This document shows positions 47,362 through 56,964 of a DNA stretch of 64,000 bases, piece after piece. Where the stretch lies: contig JBPOIB010000001.1 in assembly GCA_052034935.1 (NCBI GenBank), positions 1,341-65,340 of the forward strand. Direction: 5' to 3'. The translations under genes were made by a program, and so were the position numbers. The DNA comes from Candidatus Moraniibacteriota bacterium (GTDB lineage Bacteria; Patescibacteriota; Minisyncoccia; Moranbacterales; UBA1568). The notes under the pieces are model-generated. The model searched no databases. It had not been told where the DNA came from and saw only the letters and a list, made by a program, of their open reading frames with translations. The first letter of the stretch is position 1. Each line of letters opens with the position of its first letter.

Positions 47362-49473
47362 ATGTCCGAGCACAATGACAATCCGATCACCGTTTTCGCC
47401 AAGACGAATTTCCGCAATGAGGAGCGCGTTTTCGGCATCAAGGCCGATGATCGTCGTCGGCACATGTATCTCCTCGGTAAGACGGGTATGGGCAAGACGA
47501 ACCTCTTGGAGAATCTCGCCATCCAGGATATCCAGCAGGGCCATGGCATCTGCTTCATCGACCCGCACGGCGATGTCGCGCTGAAGCTCATTAAAGCGAT
47601 TCCGCCCGAGCGCATCAACGACGTCATCTATTTCGATCCGGCGGACCAGGCCTATCCGATCGCCTTCAATGTGCTCGAACAGGTGAGCGCAGACCAGCGC
47701 TCGCTCGTGGCATCAGGTCTGGTCGGTGTTTTCAAGAAGATCTGGGCTGATTCGTGGGGGCCGCGGCTCGAGTACATTCTCCGGAACGCGATTCTCGCCC
47801 TCCTCGAGTATCCGGGGTCGAGCCTCCTCGGAGTGATGCGCATCCTCGTTGACAAGAGCTATCGCGAGCGCGTTACGGAAAAGGTGACGGACCCGGTCGT
47901 AAAGCAGTTCTGGACAGTGGAATTCGCCGGCTGGAACGAGCGGACACTCCAGGAAGTCATCTCGCCGATCCAGAACAAGGTCGGACAGTTTACCTCGAAT
48001 GCTCTCATCCGAAACATCATCGGCCAGCCGACGAGTGCTTTCGATGTGCGCGACATCATGGATAACAAGAAGATTCTCATCATGAATCTCGCCAAAGGCA
48101 AGATCGGTGAAGACTCGAGCGCACTCCTCGGTGCCATGATGATCACGAAAATCCAGCTCGCCGCCATGGGCCGAGCCGATATTCCCGAGGAGGAACGAAA
48201 AGACTTTTATCTCTACGTCGATGAGTTCCAGAACTTCGCGACTGATTCCTTTGCGAACATCCTTTCCGAAGCGCGTAAGTACCGATTGTCGCTCATTCTA
48301 GCCAATCAGTACATCATGCAGCTCGAGGAGAAGGTGAGCGACGCGGTCTTCGGCAACTGTGGCACGATCATTTCGTTCCGAGTTGGCGCGGCTGATGCCG
48401 AACTTCTCGAGAAGGAGTTCGAGCCGGTCTTCATGATGAATGACTTCGTCAATCTGCCGAAGTATCAGATTTATCTGAAGCTGATGATTGATGGTATCGC
48501 GGGCGATGCGTTCTCGGCGACGACTCTGCCACCGATTATCGTCGAGACACCGGGCATTGATGAAAAGGTTATCGCGGTGACACGCGAACGCTATGCGGCC
48601 TCGCAGGCGGAAGTGGAAGAAAAGATCCGTCGTTGGACGGGCATGCTTTCCGAGGAAGAAAAACAAGCGCTCCGAGTTTCGGTGACCTCAGCTGCTGCGT
48701 CGGTGCCTCGTCCTGACGTCGCCGCACCTCGGCCAGCCGCGCGTGAGCGAGTAAGGCCGGAGACACCCTTACCCCCAGAGAAAAAACGCCCTAAACCGAT
48801 AGTGAAACCAGCCCCCCCAAAGCCGGTCCCAGTCGTAAGCGCACCGGAACCAATCGAAGAAGTTTCATTGGCCGAAGAGGTACCAGAGCCGGCTCTCGTC
48901 GTTGAACCGGTTACTGTACCGGCTCCAAAGCCAACGGAAAAACCGAAATCGGTAGTTAAGCCAATTCTCCGCCCAGCGCCGGTTGCTCCGAGCGCGGTCG
49001 AAACCGATCCAACGCCGATCGAAGCAGAGGAAGAATTTGTCCCTGTTGAGGAACCAACCACAGAAGCGGTACCGGAGAAAGTCCTCTATCCGGCCGTATG
49101 CGCAACCTGCGGACTGGAAATCGAAGTGCCTTTTCCGCCTGATCCAGCGCGGCCGACATTCTGCAAAGATTGTCTCCGTGACTATCAGCGAGCGGTCGCG
49201 AAAGAGAAGCAGGTCCTCGCCGAGAAGTCTCCTCCAGCTCCCGCCGCCGCAGGGCGGCAGTCATCACGGGTTTCCCTTGAACGGACCAGCCGACCGAAGA
49301 CAACTCAGGTCCGGTCATATGCTTCAGCCGAGCGGCCAATGAGTCTTGCTCAGGTGCAGCATATCGAACCGAAGAAATTCAAGGCCCTTCGGCGCAAACC
49401 CGATATCAATGTCGATGCCGTCCGGGCGATTATCGACGGCGCGCGGCAGCAGAAAGACGAGACGGGGGAATAG
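47362..49473 (+). CDS. TraD/TraG/VirD4-like (type IV coupling protein-like, DUF87/TrwB-type) P-loop ATPase with Pro/Ala-rich linker and C-terminal Cys4 zinc ribbon
   Basis: 703 aa; Walker A LLGKTGMGKT, Walker B YLYVDEFQNF, conserved ILIMNLAKGKIGED; residues ~440-590 low-complexity PKP/PAP repeats; CATCG...CKDC near C-terminus. Confidence 0.65.
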   Translation: MSEHNDNPITVFAKTNFRNEERVFGIKADDRRRHMYLLGKTGMGKTNLLENLAIQDIQQGHGICFIDPHGDVALKLIKAIPPERINDVIYFDPADQAYPIAFNVLEQVSADQRSLVASGLVGVFKKIWADSWGPRLEYILRNAILALLEYPGSSLLGVMRILVDKSYRERVTEKVTDPVVKQFWTVEFAGWNERTLQEVISPIQNKVGQFTSNALIRNIIGQPTSAFDVRDIMDNKKILIMNLAKGKIGEDSSALLGAMMITKIQLAAMGRADIPEEERKDFYLYVDEFQNFATDSFANILSEARKYRLSLILANQYIMQLEEKVSDAVFGNCGTIISFRVGAADAELLEKEFEPVFMMNDFVNLPKYQIYLKLMIDGIAGDAFSATTLPPIIVETPGIDEKVIAVTRERYAASQAEVEEKIRRWTGMLSEEEKQALRVSVTSAAASVPRPDVAAPRPAARERVRPETPLPPEKKRPKPIVKPAPPKPVPVVSAPEPIEEVSLAEEVPEPALVVEPVTVPAPKPTEKPKSVVKPILRPAPVAPSAVETDPTPIEAEEEFVPVEEPTTEAVPEKVLYPAVCATCGLEIEVPFPPDPARPTFCKDCLRDYQRAVAKEKQVLAEKSPPAPAAAGRQSSRVSLERTSRPKTTQVRSYASAERPMSLAQVQHIEPKKFKALRRKPDINVDAVRAIIDGARQQKDETGE

Positions 49474-49560
49474 CGAGATTGACTCTCTCTTTGCTTCGCG
49501 TTAGACTGTTCTCCTCTTTGGAATTCGGAAGGATTTTGATTTTTCAGTTTGGATGCCCGT

Positions 49561-50637
49561 ATGACCGAAAAGAAACAGGAAAAGGTCGCCGTCCTTGTCT
49601 CGGGCGGCGTTGATAGCTCAGTCGCGCTCGCTCTCCTCAAAGAGGCGGGTTTCGATGTTACGGCGTTCTATATCAAGATCTGGCTTGAGGATGAGCTTGC
49701 ATTTCTCGGTGACTGTCCTTGGGAAGAAGACCTGCAACACGTCCGGGCGGTGACGAAACAACTGAGTGTTCCGCTCGAGATCGTGCCGCTTCAGAAAGAA
49801 TACTGGGAGCGTGTCGTCGCCGAGGCGATAAGCGAAGTGAAAGCCGGCCGGACACCGAATCCGGATATGCTTTGCAATGCGCGGATAAAATTTGGCGCAT
49901 TCTGGGACGTGATCGGGGACGGCTATGCCAAGGTCGCAACGGGTCACTATGCAGCGGTCGAAGAGAAGAATGGAACATTCTTCCTGAAGAAGACACCGGA
50001 TCCTGTAAAAGACCAGACTTATTTCCTCTCTCAGCTCTCCAAAGCGCAGCTGTCTCGGGCGCTGCTTCCTATCGGTCGGTATACAAAACCGGAAGTGCGT
50101 GCGCTCGCTGAGAAGTTCGCGCTGCCGAACGCGAAGCGTAAAGACAGTCAGGGAATCTGCTTCCTGGGGAAAATACCGTTCGATGAGTTTCTCCGGCATC
50201 ATCTCGGCGAAAAGCCGGGACCGATCGTCGAATTCGAAACCGGAAAAACAATTGGGGAGCACAAAGGCTTCTGGTATTTCACGATTGGGCAGCGTGAGGG
50301 TCTCGGGCTTTCAGGCGGCCCCTGGTATGTCGTCGGCAAGGATGCGGCGGCCAATACGGTTTTCATTTCTCATGCAGAGCATCGATCGGAGCGGGCACGA
50401 ACAAACTTCGTTGTTCGCGACCTGAATTGGTTCAATGAGAAGCCGGAAGACGGCGCCGAACTCTCGGTGAAACTTCGGCATGGACCGAAAGAATACGTAG
50501 TCCAGGTCCAGTGGCAGGATGAAAAATCGCTCGAAGTCTTTCTCCAAAAGGAAACCGATGCCGGGATTGCGCCGGGTCAGTATGCAGTGTTTTACCGCGG
50601 TGAGTATTGTTTAGGCGGCGGGATAATTGCATTGTAA
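49561..50637 (+). CDS. mnmA: tRNA-specific 2-thiouridylase
   Basis: PP-loop VAVLVSGGVDSSV, catalytic Cys context, C-terminal barrel; ATG at 49561 (track ORF starts at TTG 49549). Confidence 0.85.
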   Translation: MTEKKQEKVAVLVSGGVDSSVALALLKEAGFDVTAFYIKIWLEDELAFLGDCPWEEDLQHVRAVTKQLSVPLEIVPLQKEYWERVVAEAISEVKAGRTPNPDMLCNARIKFGAFWDVIGDGYAKVATGHYAAVEEKNGTFFLKKTPDPVKDQTYFLSQLSKAQLSRALLPIGRYTKPEVRALAEKFALPNAKRKDSQGICFLGKIPFDEFLRHHLGEKPGPIVEFETGKTIGEHKGFWYFTIGQREGLGLSGGPWYVVGKDAAANTVFISHAEHRSERARTNFVVRDLNWFNEKPEDGAELSVKLRHGPKEYVVQVQWQDEKSLEVFLQKETDAGIAPGQYAVFYRGEYCLGGGIIAL

Positions 50638-50646
50638 ATATAGAGG

Positions 50647-51615
50647 ATGAGCATCCGCCAAGTGAAAATCACTTTTTTTGAGCAACGCCTGATGGACTTT
50701 TTCCAGAAAGCGGGGAGAGTCGAGTTACCGTGGCGAAAGACGGGAGTCACCGCGTACGAGGTCTGGGTTTCCGAGGTGATGCTCCAGCAGACACAGGTAT
50801 CGCGGGTGATCGGCTACTATAATTGCTTCCTTGGTCGTTTCCCGACAATTGAGTCGCTCTCGGCGGCTTCGTGGGAGGATTTTCTTCCGTATTACCAAGG
50901 GCTCGGCTATTATGCTCGGGGTCGGAATATGCTTCGAGCCGCCCAGGTCATCATGACTGAATATGGTGGAAAGTTTCCGCGCGATGTGGCGGCCCTTCAA
51001 TCCATTCCTGGTATCGGCCCGTATACGGCGGCGGCAATCATGAGTTTTGCGTACGGCGATAAGCATTTAGCCTGGGATACGAATCTGCGACGGGTTGTTG
51101 GACGATTCTTCTTCGGCACGAAGAAAGTGTCAATCGACGGGGTGTATTTCGAGTCGAAATTCAGGAGTCCGAGGAAAGAGCTCAATGCGGCACTCATGGA
51201 TTTCGGGAGCGCACTCTGCGTCAGCCGGCCGAAATGTGAAGCTTGTCCGCTTAAAAAGAGTTGTGTCTATTATCGCGAGGCGGGGAAACAGGAAACATCC
51301 TCGAAAAAGCCGAAGAAAGCAAAGGGGATAGATAGGGAAAAAACGGAAGTCGTGGTTATCCTCCATGAAAAACACCGGATCTACTACTCCTCGAAACGGT
51401 CGGTCTATGCCCCGTTCGTCCTGCCGCCAGGGTACGCGTCCCGCGCTGATATCAAGTCCTATTTTGAGAAAAAGCACGACCTGATACTCGCTGTCCGGCC
51501 GCCCCATAGAGAGGAGAGCATAAACGGGGGACTTCGCTCTTTCGTGAATGCACAGATTCTTCTCGGCAAGCCGGAATTTGCAACCTTTTCGAAAGAAGAA
51601 ATCACGAATTCTTGA
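50647..51615 (+). CDS. mutY: A/G-specific adenine DNA glycosylase (HhH-GPD with [4Fe-4S] cluster loop)
   Basis: 322 aa; WVSEVMLQQTQV motif, HhH-GPD (LQSIPGIGPYTAAAIMSFAYG), Cys ligands C-x6-C-x2-C-x5-C (CVSRPKCEACPLKKSC); C-terminal domain divergent. Confidence 0.75.
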   Translation: MSIRQVKITFFEQRLMDFFQKAGRVELPWRKTGVTAYEVWVSEVMLQQTQVSRVIGYYNCFLGRFPTIESLSAASWEDFLPYYQGLGYYARGRNMLRAAQVIMTEYGGKFPRDVAALQSIPGIGPYTAAAIMSFAYGDKHLAWDTNLRRVVGRFFFGTKKVSIDGVYFESKFRSPRKELNAALMDFGSALCVSRPKCEACPLKKSCVYYREAGKQETSSKKPKKAKGIDREKTEVVVILHEKHRIYYSSKRSVYAPFVLPPGYASRADIKSYFEKKHDLILAVRPPHREESINGGLRSFVNAQILLGKPEFATFSKEEITNS

Positions 51616-51683
51616 TCGGCTGAAGCCAGTTTTCCTTAGGTCTGTTCTCCGCTATACTAGGAGTAGCTCATAATTGTCTTCTT

Positions 51684-52745
51684 ATGGAGGTTCGCAATCT
51701 CAACATCTACTTCTTTTTTCTCATCCTCCTCCTTGTCGGTGGGACAGTGTTCTTCATCTTCCAGCCGTTTCTGACAGCGATTGTCGCGGCCGCTATCCTT
51801 TCGGTTCTTTTCGAGCCGATGTACCATCGATTTCTCCGTCTTTTCCCTGGCTGGGTCGCGACCTCATCGCTCCTTACCTGTCTCGTGGTCGCGGTCATTA
51901 TCGTGACGCCGATACTCTCTGTTCTTTCGCTCGCGGTAGCGGAAGCAAATCAGCTCTACAATGCGATTGGTGAGGAACGTTCGTTCGTCGGGGTGGTCGA
52001 ATCAGGAGTCGGCTACTTCAATGAGACGCCGATCGGCCGTCTCGTCTTCAAAGATGCGGCGTTCACAACGGAAAGCGTCATGCAGGATATCCGCCAATTC
52101 AGCCAGAACGCGCTCGGCATTCTCCAGACGGCTTACCAGAGCGTGACGCATTTCGTCTTCTGGGTCTTCATCATGTTCTTCACGCTCTTCTATTTCCTGA
52201 TCGATGGGGACCGAGCCTTCCGTTATCTGATGAGTCTGTCGCCGCTTCGCACCGAGCACGAAAAGCTGCTCGCTTCGAAGTTCATCTCGATCAGCCGCGC
52301 GACCCTGAAGGGGACTCTGGTGGTCGGTGTCATCCAGGGCCTCATCGGCGGCGTCGCCTTCTGGGTTGTCGGCATTCCCTCGCCAGCGATCTGGGGTCTC
52401 CTGATGATCCTTCTTTCGATCATCCCGCTCGTTGGCTCAGCCCTGGTCTGGCTGCCGGCAGGTATCTTCCTTCTCCTTATTGGTCAAGTCTGGCAGGGCG
52501 CTTTTCTCCTCGGTATTGGCATGGGGGTCATTTCGGTCATCGATAATATTCTCCGGCCCAAGCTTGTTGGCAAGGATACTCAGATGCACCCGCTGATGAT
52601 TTTTTTCGCAACCTTGGGCGGTATCTCCCTTTTCGGTCTTCCGGGATTCATCATTGGACCCATCATCGTTTCGCTTTTCCTCGCGCTTGGCGAGATCTAC
52701 TCGATCGAGTTCAAGGGCCAACTCGAGAGCTATAACGAAAAGTAG
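51684..52745 (+). CDS. AI-2E family transporter (PerM/YhhT-like)
   Basis: 353 aa, 8 TM helices, family-typical TLKGTLVVGVIQG and LVGKDTQMHPLMIFF segments. Confidence 0.8.
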   Translation: MEVRNLNIYFFFLILLLVGGTVFFIFQPFLTAIVAAAILSVLFEPMYHRFLRLFPGWVATSSLLTCLVVAVIIVTPILSVLSLAVAEANQLYNAIGEERSFVGVVESGVGYFNETPIGRLVFKDAAFTTESVMQDIRQFSQNALGILQTAYQSVTHFVFWVFIMFFTLFYFLIDGDRAFRYLMSLSPLRTEHEKLLASKFISISRATLKGTLVVGVIQGLIGGVAFWVVGIPSPAIWGLLMILLSIIPLVGSALVWLPAGIFLLLIGQVWQGAFLLGIGMGVISVIDNILRPKLVGKDTQMHPLMIFFATLGGISLFGLPGFIIGPIIVSLFLALGEIYSIEFKGQLESYNEK

Positions 52746-52748
52746 CGT

Positions 52749-53570
52749 ATGCAGGCCTTGTGGCAGTCGCTTCCGCTCGCTCTTGATCCGATTGCTTGGC
52801 AGATCGGATCGTTTCCGGTCACTTGGTACTCGCTCTGCTACCTGCTTGGCGCCATTCTCTCAGCGACGTACTTCATGTGGCTGGCACGCCAGAGCGGTAT
52901 CCTGCCGAACACCTTCGCCTCGATTGATCTCGTCGTCACTATTCTCTGGGGAGTCGTCATCGGCGCCCGCCTCGGATACGTTTTCTTCTACGGCGGCGAC
53001 GAGTTTTTCCGGGAGCCGTGGCGGATCATTTCCCCGTATGATTTCCAGCTCCAGGAGTGGATTGGTATTCGCGGAATGAGTTTCCATGGCGGACTCGTCG
53101 GTGGAGCAATCGGACTGTGGATATTCACACGCGAGGCGAGTCGACATTTTCTGGAGTTTGCTGACGCTCTGGTCCAGGCAGTGCCCATCGCTCTTCTCTT
53201 CGGCCGAGTCGGAAACTTCCTGAATCTCGAGATCATCGGCCGTACGACCGAATCGCCTCTGGGGGTCCAGATTCCGTTTGCCGGGGAAGTGCTTCGTCAT
53301 CCCGTGACTCTCTATGAGGCTTTCGGCGAAGGGCTCATCCTTTTCGGGCTTCTTCTCATAGGAAGCCGATTCTTGAAAACTCCCGGGAAGCTGACTGGAC
53401 TTTTTCTTCTTGGGTACGCAGGTTTCCGGATCACTGCCGAGTTTTATCGTGAACTGCCCGAGGGTACCGACTTGCTCTTTGGCGTCCTCGCGACCGGGCA
53501 GGTGCTCTCTTTCGGTATGGCGGCTATCGGCTTGTTCCTCCTCTTCTGGCCTCGACCGCGCATGGTATAA
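52749..53570 (+). CDS. lgt: prolipoprotein diacylglyceryl transferase
   Basis: 273 aa; Lgt signature GRVGNFLNLEIIG and conserved H/Y/G positions. Confidence 0.85.
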   Translation: MQALWQSLPLALDPIAWQIGSFPVTWYSLCYLLGAILSATYFMWLARQSGILPNTFASIDLVVTILWGVVIGARLGYVFFYGGDEFFREPWRIISPYDFQLQEWIGIRGMSFHGGLVGGAIGLWIFTREASRHFLEFADALVQAVPIALLFGRVGNFLNLEIIGRTTESPLGVQIPFAGEVLRHPVTLYEAFGEGLILFGLLLIGSRFLKTPGKLTGLFLLGYAGFRITAEFYRELPEGTDLLFGVLATGQVLSFGMAAIGLFLLFWPRPRMV

Positions 53571-53584
53571 TAAGGGCAAATACT

Positions 53585-53962
53585 ATGGATAAAAAACAAC
53601 TCATCGGGCTCGGTATCGGATTAGTCGTGATTATCGCATCAATCGTCTGGTGGGGGTTAAAGGGCGAGGGAGAGAAAGAGGTTCTTGATCAGTCAGTAAC
53701 CACGTATTTTTACGGTGAAACGTGTCCGCATTGCATCGATGTACGGAAATTCCTCGATGAGAACAAAATCGCGGAAAAGTTCAGTTTCGTCATGAAAGAG
53801 GTTTGGAGCGATCGGACCAATGCCCGGCTGATGCGCGAGGCGGCGGAGGTCTGTAGTCTTAAACCCGAGGAGATCGCTGTCCCATTTGTCTTTTCAGAAG
53901 GGAAGTGTCTTATCGGTACGCCGAAAGTGATTGAATTCTTCAAACAAAAAGCCGGAATCTGA
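53585..53962 (+). CDS. membrane-anchored thioredoxin-fold protein (CPHC active site)
   Basis: 125 aa; N-terminal TM anchor then YFYGETCPHCIDV redox motif. Confidence 0.6.
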   Translation: MDKKQLIGLGIGLVVIIASIVWWGLKGEGEKEVLDQSVTTYFYGETCPHCIDVRKFLDENKIAEKFSFVMKEVWSDRTNARLMREAAEVCSLKPEEIAVPFVFSEGKCLIGTPKVIEFFKQKAGI

Positions 53963-53966
53963 AGTC

Positions 53967-54941
53967 ATGCCACCTATTGATCTTCCGAAAGCGAAACCGA
54001 TCTCTCAGGCTAAGATGGTCTTTGATGGTGTTGCACATGGCCGTGAGTATCGGTCACCGCGGCCGAGTCTCGCACCGAAGCCCTTGATTACACCATCGAT
54101 GATTCGAGCGCGCCGACAGCTCGATGCCGTCCTTCTTCGGGAAGACACGAAGCGGAGTTTCGTGCATGTCTGGAAGCGGGAGTGGCGCCGTCTTATGCTG
54201 TTCCGCCGGTTTTTTGTTGTCTCACGCCGTCTCGGGAGAAAATTGAACCGCTACCTGCCGGAGCCGGGTAATCTGTCGCCGAAGAAGGCGCTCTATGCTT
54301 CGCTCTTTGCCGGAGTCAGTTTCGGTATGGTTTCCATGTCGGTCATTCAAGATATCAAGGGTGATGATGCAATTGCACAGTCCGAATCGTCGGCCATAGC
54401 GACTCCTGAAAAAGAGGAGAATACGAAATTGGCCCGCGAGCTTTCTGAAGAAAAGAAGTATGATCCGAACGATGACCTCTTCTTGCAGTTTTTCAGCGAG
54501 GCTGAGAAGGAAGAGTATCGGAAGCAGATTGAAGAGCTCGTGAAGGGGTATCCGATTGAGGATATGCTCCCGTATATTCTTGAGAAAGACCGTATCGTTG
54601 CCGCCTTCCTCATTGGTATCGCGAAAAAAGAGAGTAACTGGGGGAAACGCGTGCCGGTCTTGGACGGACAGGACTGCTTCAATTACTGGGGGTATCGGGG
54701 AGTACGCCGGCTCATGGGTACCGGCGGGCATACCTGTTTCAATAGCCGGAAAGATGCGGTTGATTCGGTCGCCCTCCGAATCGAATCCTTGGTCTATTCT
54801 TCAAAAATCGATACGCCGGCCAAGATGATCATCTGGAAATGCGGCTATAGCTGCGACGGTCACAGCCGGGAAAGCGTCCGAAAATGGATTGCGGATGTCG
54901 ATATGTACTTCAAGGACCTGAACCAGGAAGAGCAAGAATAG
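53967..54941 (+). CDS. secreted/membrane protein with C-terminal glucosaminidase/lysozyme-like (FlgJ-type) domain; paralog 1
   Basis: ATG at residue 13 of track ORF; C-terminal domain IGIAKKESNWGKRVP...CFNYWGYRG...IWKCGYSC; paralogous to 55145..55939. Confidence 0.5.
   Translation: MPPIDLPKAKPISQAKMVFDGVAHGREYRSPRPSLAPKPLITPSMIRARRQLDAVLLREDTKRSFVHVWKREWRRLMLFRRFFVVSRRLGRKLNRYLPEPGNLSPKKALYASLFAGVSFGMVSMSVIQDIKGDDAIAQSESSAIATPEKEENTKLARELSEEKKYDPNDDLFLQFFSEAEKEEYRKQIEELVKGYPIEDMLPYILEKDRIVAAFLIGIAKKESNWGKRVPVLDGQDCFNYWGYRGVRRLMGTGGHTCFNSRKDAVDSVALRIESLVYSSKIDTPAKMIIWKCGYSCDGHSRESVRKWIADVDMYFKDLNQEEQE
54615..54655. repeat. 41-nt segment identical to 55619..55659 (ggtatcgcgaaaaaagagagtaactgggggaaacgcgtgcc)
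   Basis: Exact identity inside otherwise ~50% identical paralogous CDSs. Confidence 0.8.
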
Positions 54942-55016
54942 CGGCCCCCGGCGGATATTTCCGGAAGAGTGCTGTATTGTATTGACTTATATAAAAATAC
55001 GTGTTTTAATTTAAAT

Positions 55017-55037
55017 CACCCGAAAGGGTGTTTTTTT
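55017..55037 (+). terminator. rho-independent terminator (caccc-gaaa-gggtg + T7)
   Basis: Stem-loop + ttttttt 75 nt after paralog 1 stop. Confidence 0.55.
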
Positions 55038-55144
55038 CGCTTTCTCGAGGCAAAAAGTGGCTGATTGAGATAGGAAAAGCTTTGACCGAAGGCCGAAAAA
55101 ATGCTATCTTTGGACTTGCGTCTCAAGAGGATTTTTTGAAAGAG

Positions 55145-55939
55145 ATGCCTATTTCAAGCCATTTTATGACATTCATCCATCGTCTGCTGCAATCATTTTC
55201 GAGCCAAAAAAGGAAGTCAGTTGTTCGGCATGCTTGTCAGGCGCTCGGGCTCGCCGCTACCTTGTTCGTTTCTCTCGGAGAGGCGCCTTTGGTCGCGAGC
55301 GAATCGATTGAGGGATCCGGTCCCGATGACCCATTCTCTCGTCCGACCCTTTGCGATTGGCGGGAAGACTATGTGTTCTTTGTCGGCGATAAACCGGCCG
55401 AAAAGAGTGACCGTCTGCCGTGCGAGGCGCTGAATTTCCGAACGCCGTCCGCTGGTGAGCCTGAAGCGCCTGCCGAGGCTCTCGCTGTGGCTACCCTCCA
55501 GGATTCAGAAAAATCGGCTTTTGAAGCGGAACTCAGCACAATGCTTGCCGGTTATCCGATTGCTGCGATGGTGCCGGCAATTGCGGAGTATGACCGTGAT
55601 ATCGCCGGACTCATCGTCGGTATCGCGAAAAAAGAGAGTAACTGGGGGAAACGCGTGCCACTTGATGCGGCCGGGGAGGATTGTTTCAATTATTGGGGCT
55701 TCAAGGGTGCTGGTGCTCGTGGCGTCGCGATGGGCCATGGCTGTTTCGGTACGGCTGAAGAGGCTGTCCAAGCAATCGGAAAACGGCTTCAGCAATTAGT
55801 TGCCCTGCGGGAGACGAGTGAGCCAAAAAATATGACCATCTGGAAATGCGGTTCGTCTTGCGCGACGCATTCCCCTGAAAGCGTCCGGAAATGGGTTTCT
55901 GACGTTGATATCTACTTCCGCGCTATCGCCCGCAAATAA
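55145..55939 (+). CDS. secreted protein with glucosaminidase/lysozyme-like domain; paralog 2
   Basis: ATG with agagga SD (track ORF 55028 start is GTG and lies inside the terminator); C-terminal domain VGIAKKESNWGKRVP...CFNYWGFKG...IWKCGSSC. Confidence 0.5.
   Translation: MPISSHFMTFIHRLLQSFSSQKRKSVVRHACQALGLAATLFVSLGEAPLVASESIEGSGPDDPFSRPTLCDWREDYVFFVGDKPAEKSDRLPCEALNFRTPSAGEPEAPAEALAVATLQDSEKSAFEAELSTMLAGYPIAAMVPAIAEYDRDIAGLIVGIAKKESNWGKRVPLDAAGEDCFNYWGFKGAGARGVAMGHGCFGTAEEAVQAIGKRLQQLVALRETSEPKNMTIWKCGSSCATHSPESVRKWVSDVDIYFRAIARK
55619..55659. repeat. 41-nt segment identical to 54615..54655
   Basis: See partner repeat. Confidence 0.8.
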
Positions 55940-56014
55940 GCGGGCGTTTTCTTTTCTGCTGTAGAGAGAGGTTTTCCAGGGGCCGGAGTGGTATAATGGA
56001 AAAAAAGAAAACTC

Positions 56015-56953
56015 ATGCACTGGATTTCTCTCGCCCTTGCCGGATATTTTTTCAATGCGGTCACGGCACTTTTCGATAAATATCTTTTAGCTGGCCGAAT
56101 CAAGGAACCGGTCGTCTACGCTTTTTTTGTTTCAGTCCTCTCGCTTTTTGCGGTCGTGCTCATTCCGTTCGGGTATAAACCCATTCCCTGGCAGACAGGG
56201 ACGGTTTTCGTCATCTCGGGCATTCTCTTTCTTTACGGCCTCGTTGCTTTCTATAACGCAGTCAAGCGGAGCGAGATTTCGCGGGTCGCACCTCTGGTCG
56301 GCATCACGATTTCAGTTATCGCCGGCGTTGCCTCCCTTGCGTTCGGGCCGGCAGCGAACCTTTCCTTCTCACCTGGCCACTTCCTCTCGCTCTTCATGCT
56401 TCTGGCGGGCGCCTTCCTCATTGCTTTCGATCTGCCGCTGAAGAAAAATGACGCACTCATGAAGTCAACGCTCCTTGCGGGAGCGCTCATGGCACTCTCA
56501 CTGCTCTTCTTAAAGACTGGGTACCGTAATGCTGATTTCGTGAATGGGCTCATCTGGTCGCGGATTGGCTTCATTATCGGCGGCTTCAGCCTCTTCATTA
56601 TCCCCGAATACCGCCGCGCAATCCTCAACAATACGCGCCACCTGTCTTCTTCGAACAAGCGCGATGTCATGACCGGCTTCCTTTTCCTCTTAAACAAGAT
56701 CTTCGGTGCGATCGCGACCTTTCTCCTTACGTATGCCGCTTTCCTCGGACCAGTGACGTTTATTCAGGCGCTGAACGGAATCCAGTACGCCTTCGTGCTT
56801 ATTCTCGCGATTCCCCTCGCCCTCCGTTTCCCGAAAATCTTCGGCGAACGTCTCTACTTCTGGGACTGGTTCCAGAAGGCGGCCGCGATCGTGCTCATCG
56901 GGCTCGGAATGTGGCTGGCCGTGACGCAGGGCGTTGATTTTCTTTTTCTGTAA
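56015..56953 (+). CDS. EamA/DMT-superfamily membrane transporter (10 TM)
   Basis: 312 aa; two ~150-aa EamA-like halves each with 5 hydrophobic helices. Confidence 0.6.
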   Translation: MHWISLALAGYFFNAVTALFDKYLLAGRIKEPVVYAFFVSVLSLFAVVLIPFGYKPIPWQTGTVFVISGILFLYGLVAFYNAVKRSEISRVAPLVGITISVIAGVASLAFGPAANLSFSPGHFLSLFMLLAGAFLIAFDLPLKKNDALMKSTLLAGALMALSLLFLKTGYRNADFVNGLIWSRIGFIIGGFSLFIIPEYRRAILNNTRHLSSSNKRDVMTGFLFLLNKIFGAIATFLLTYAAFLGPVTFIQALNGIQYAFVLILAIPLALRFPKIFGERLYFWDWFQKAAAIVLIGLGMWLAVTQGVDFLFL

Positions 56954-56964
56954 GCTTGTAACCT

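Noticed and set aside
54982-55016. TTGACT-17-TTTAAT promoter-like sequence immediately upstream of a terminator hairpin
   Set aside because: It sits directly 5' of the terminator for the upstream gene. A more plausible promoter for the downstream paralog (TTGACC-17-TATCTT at ~55082-55110) lies after the terminator, so the AT-rich match is likely fortuitous.
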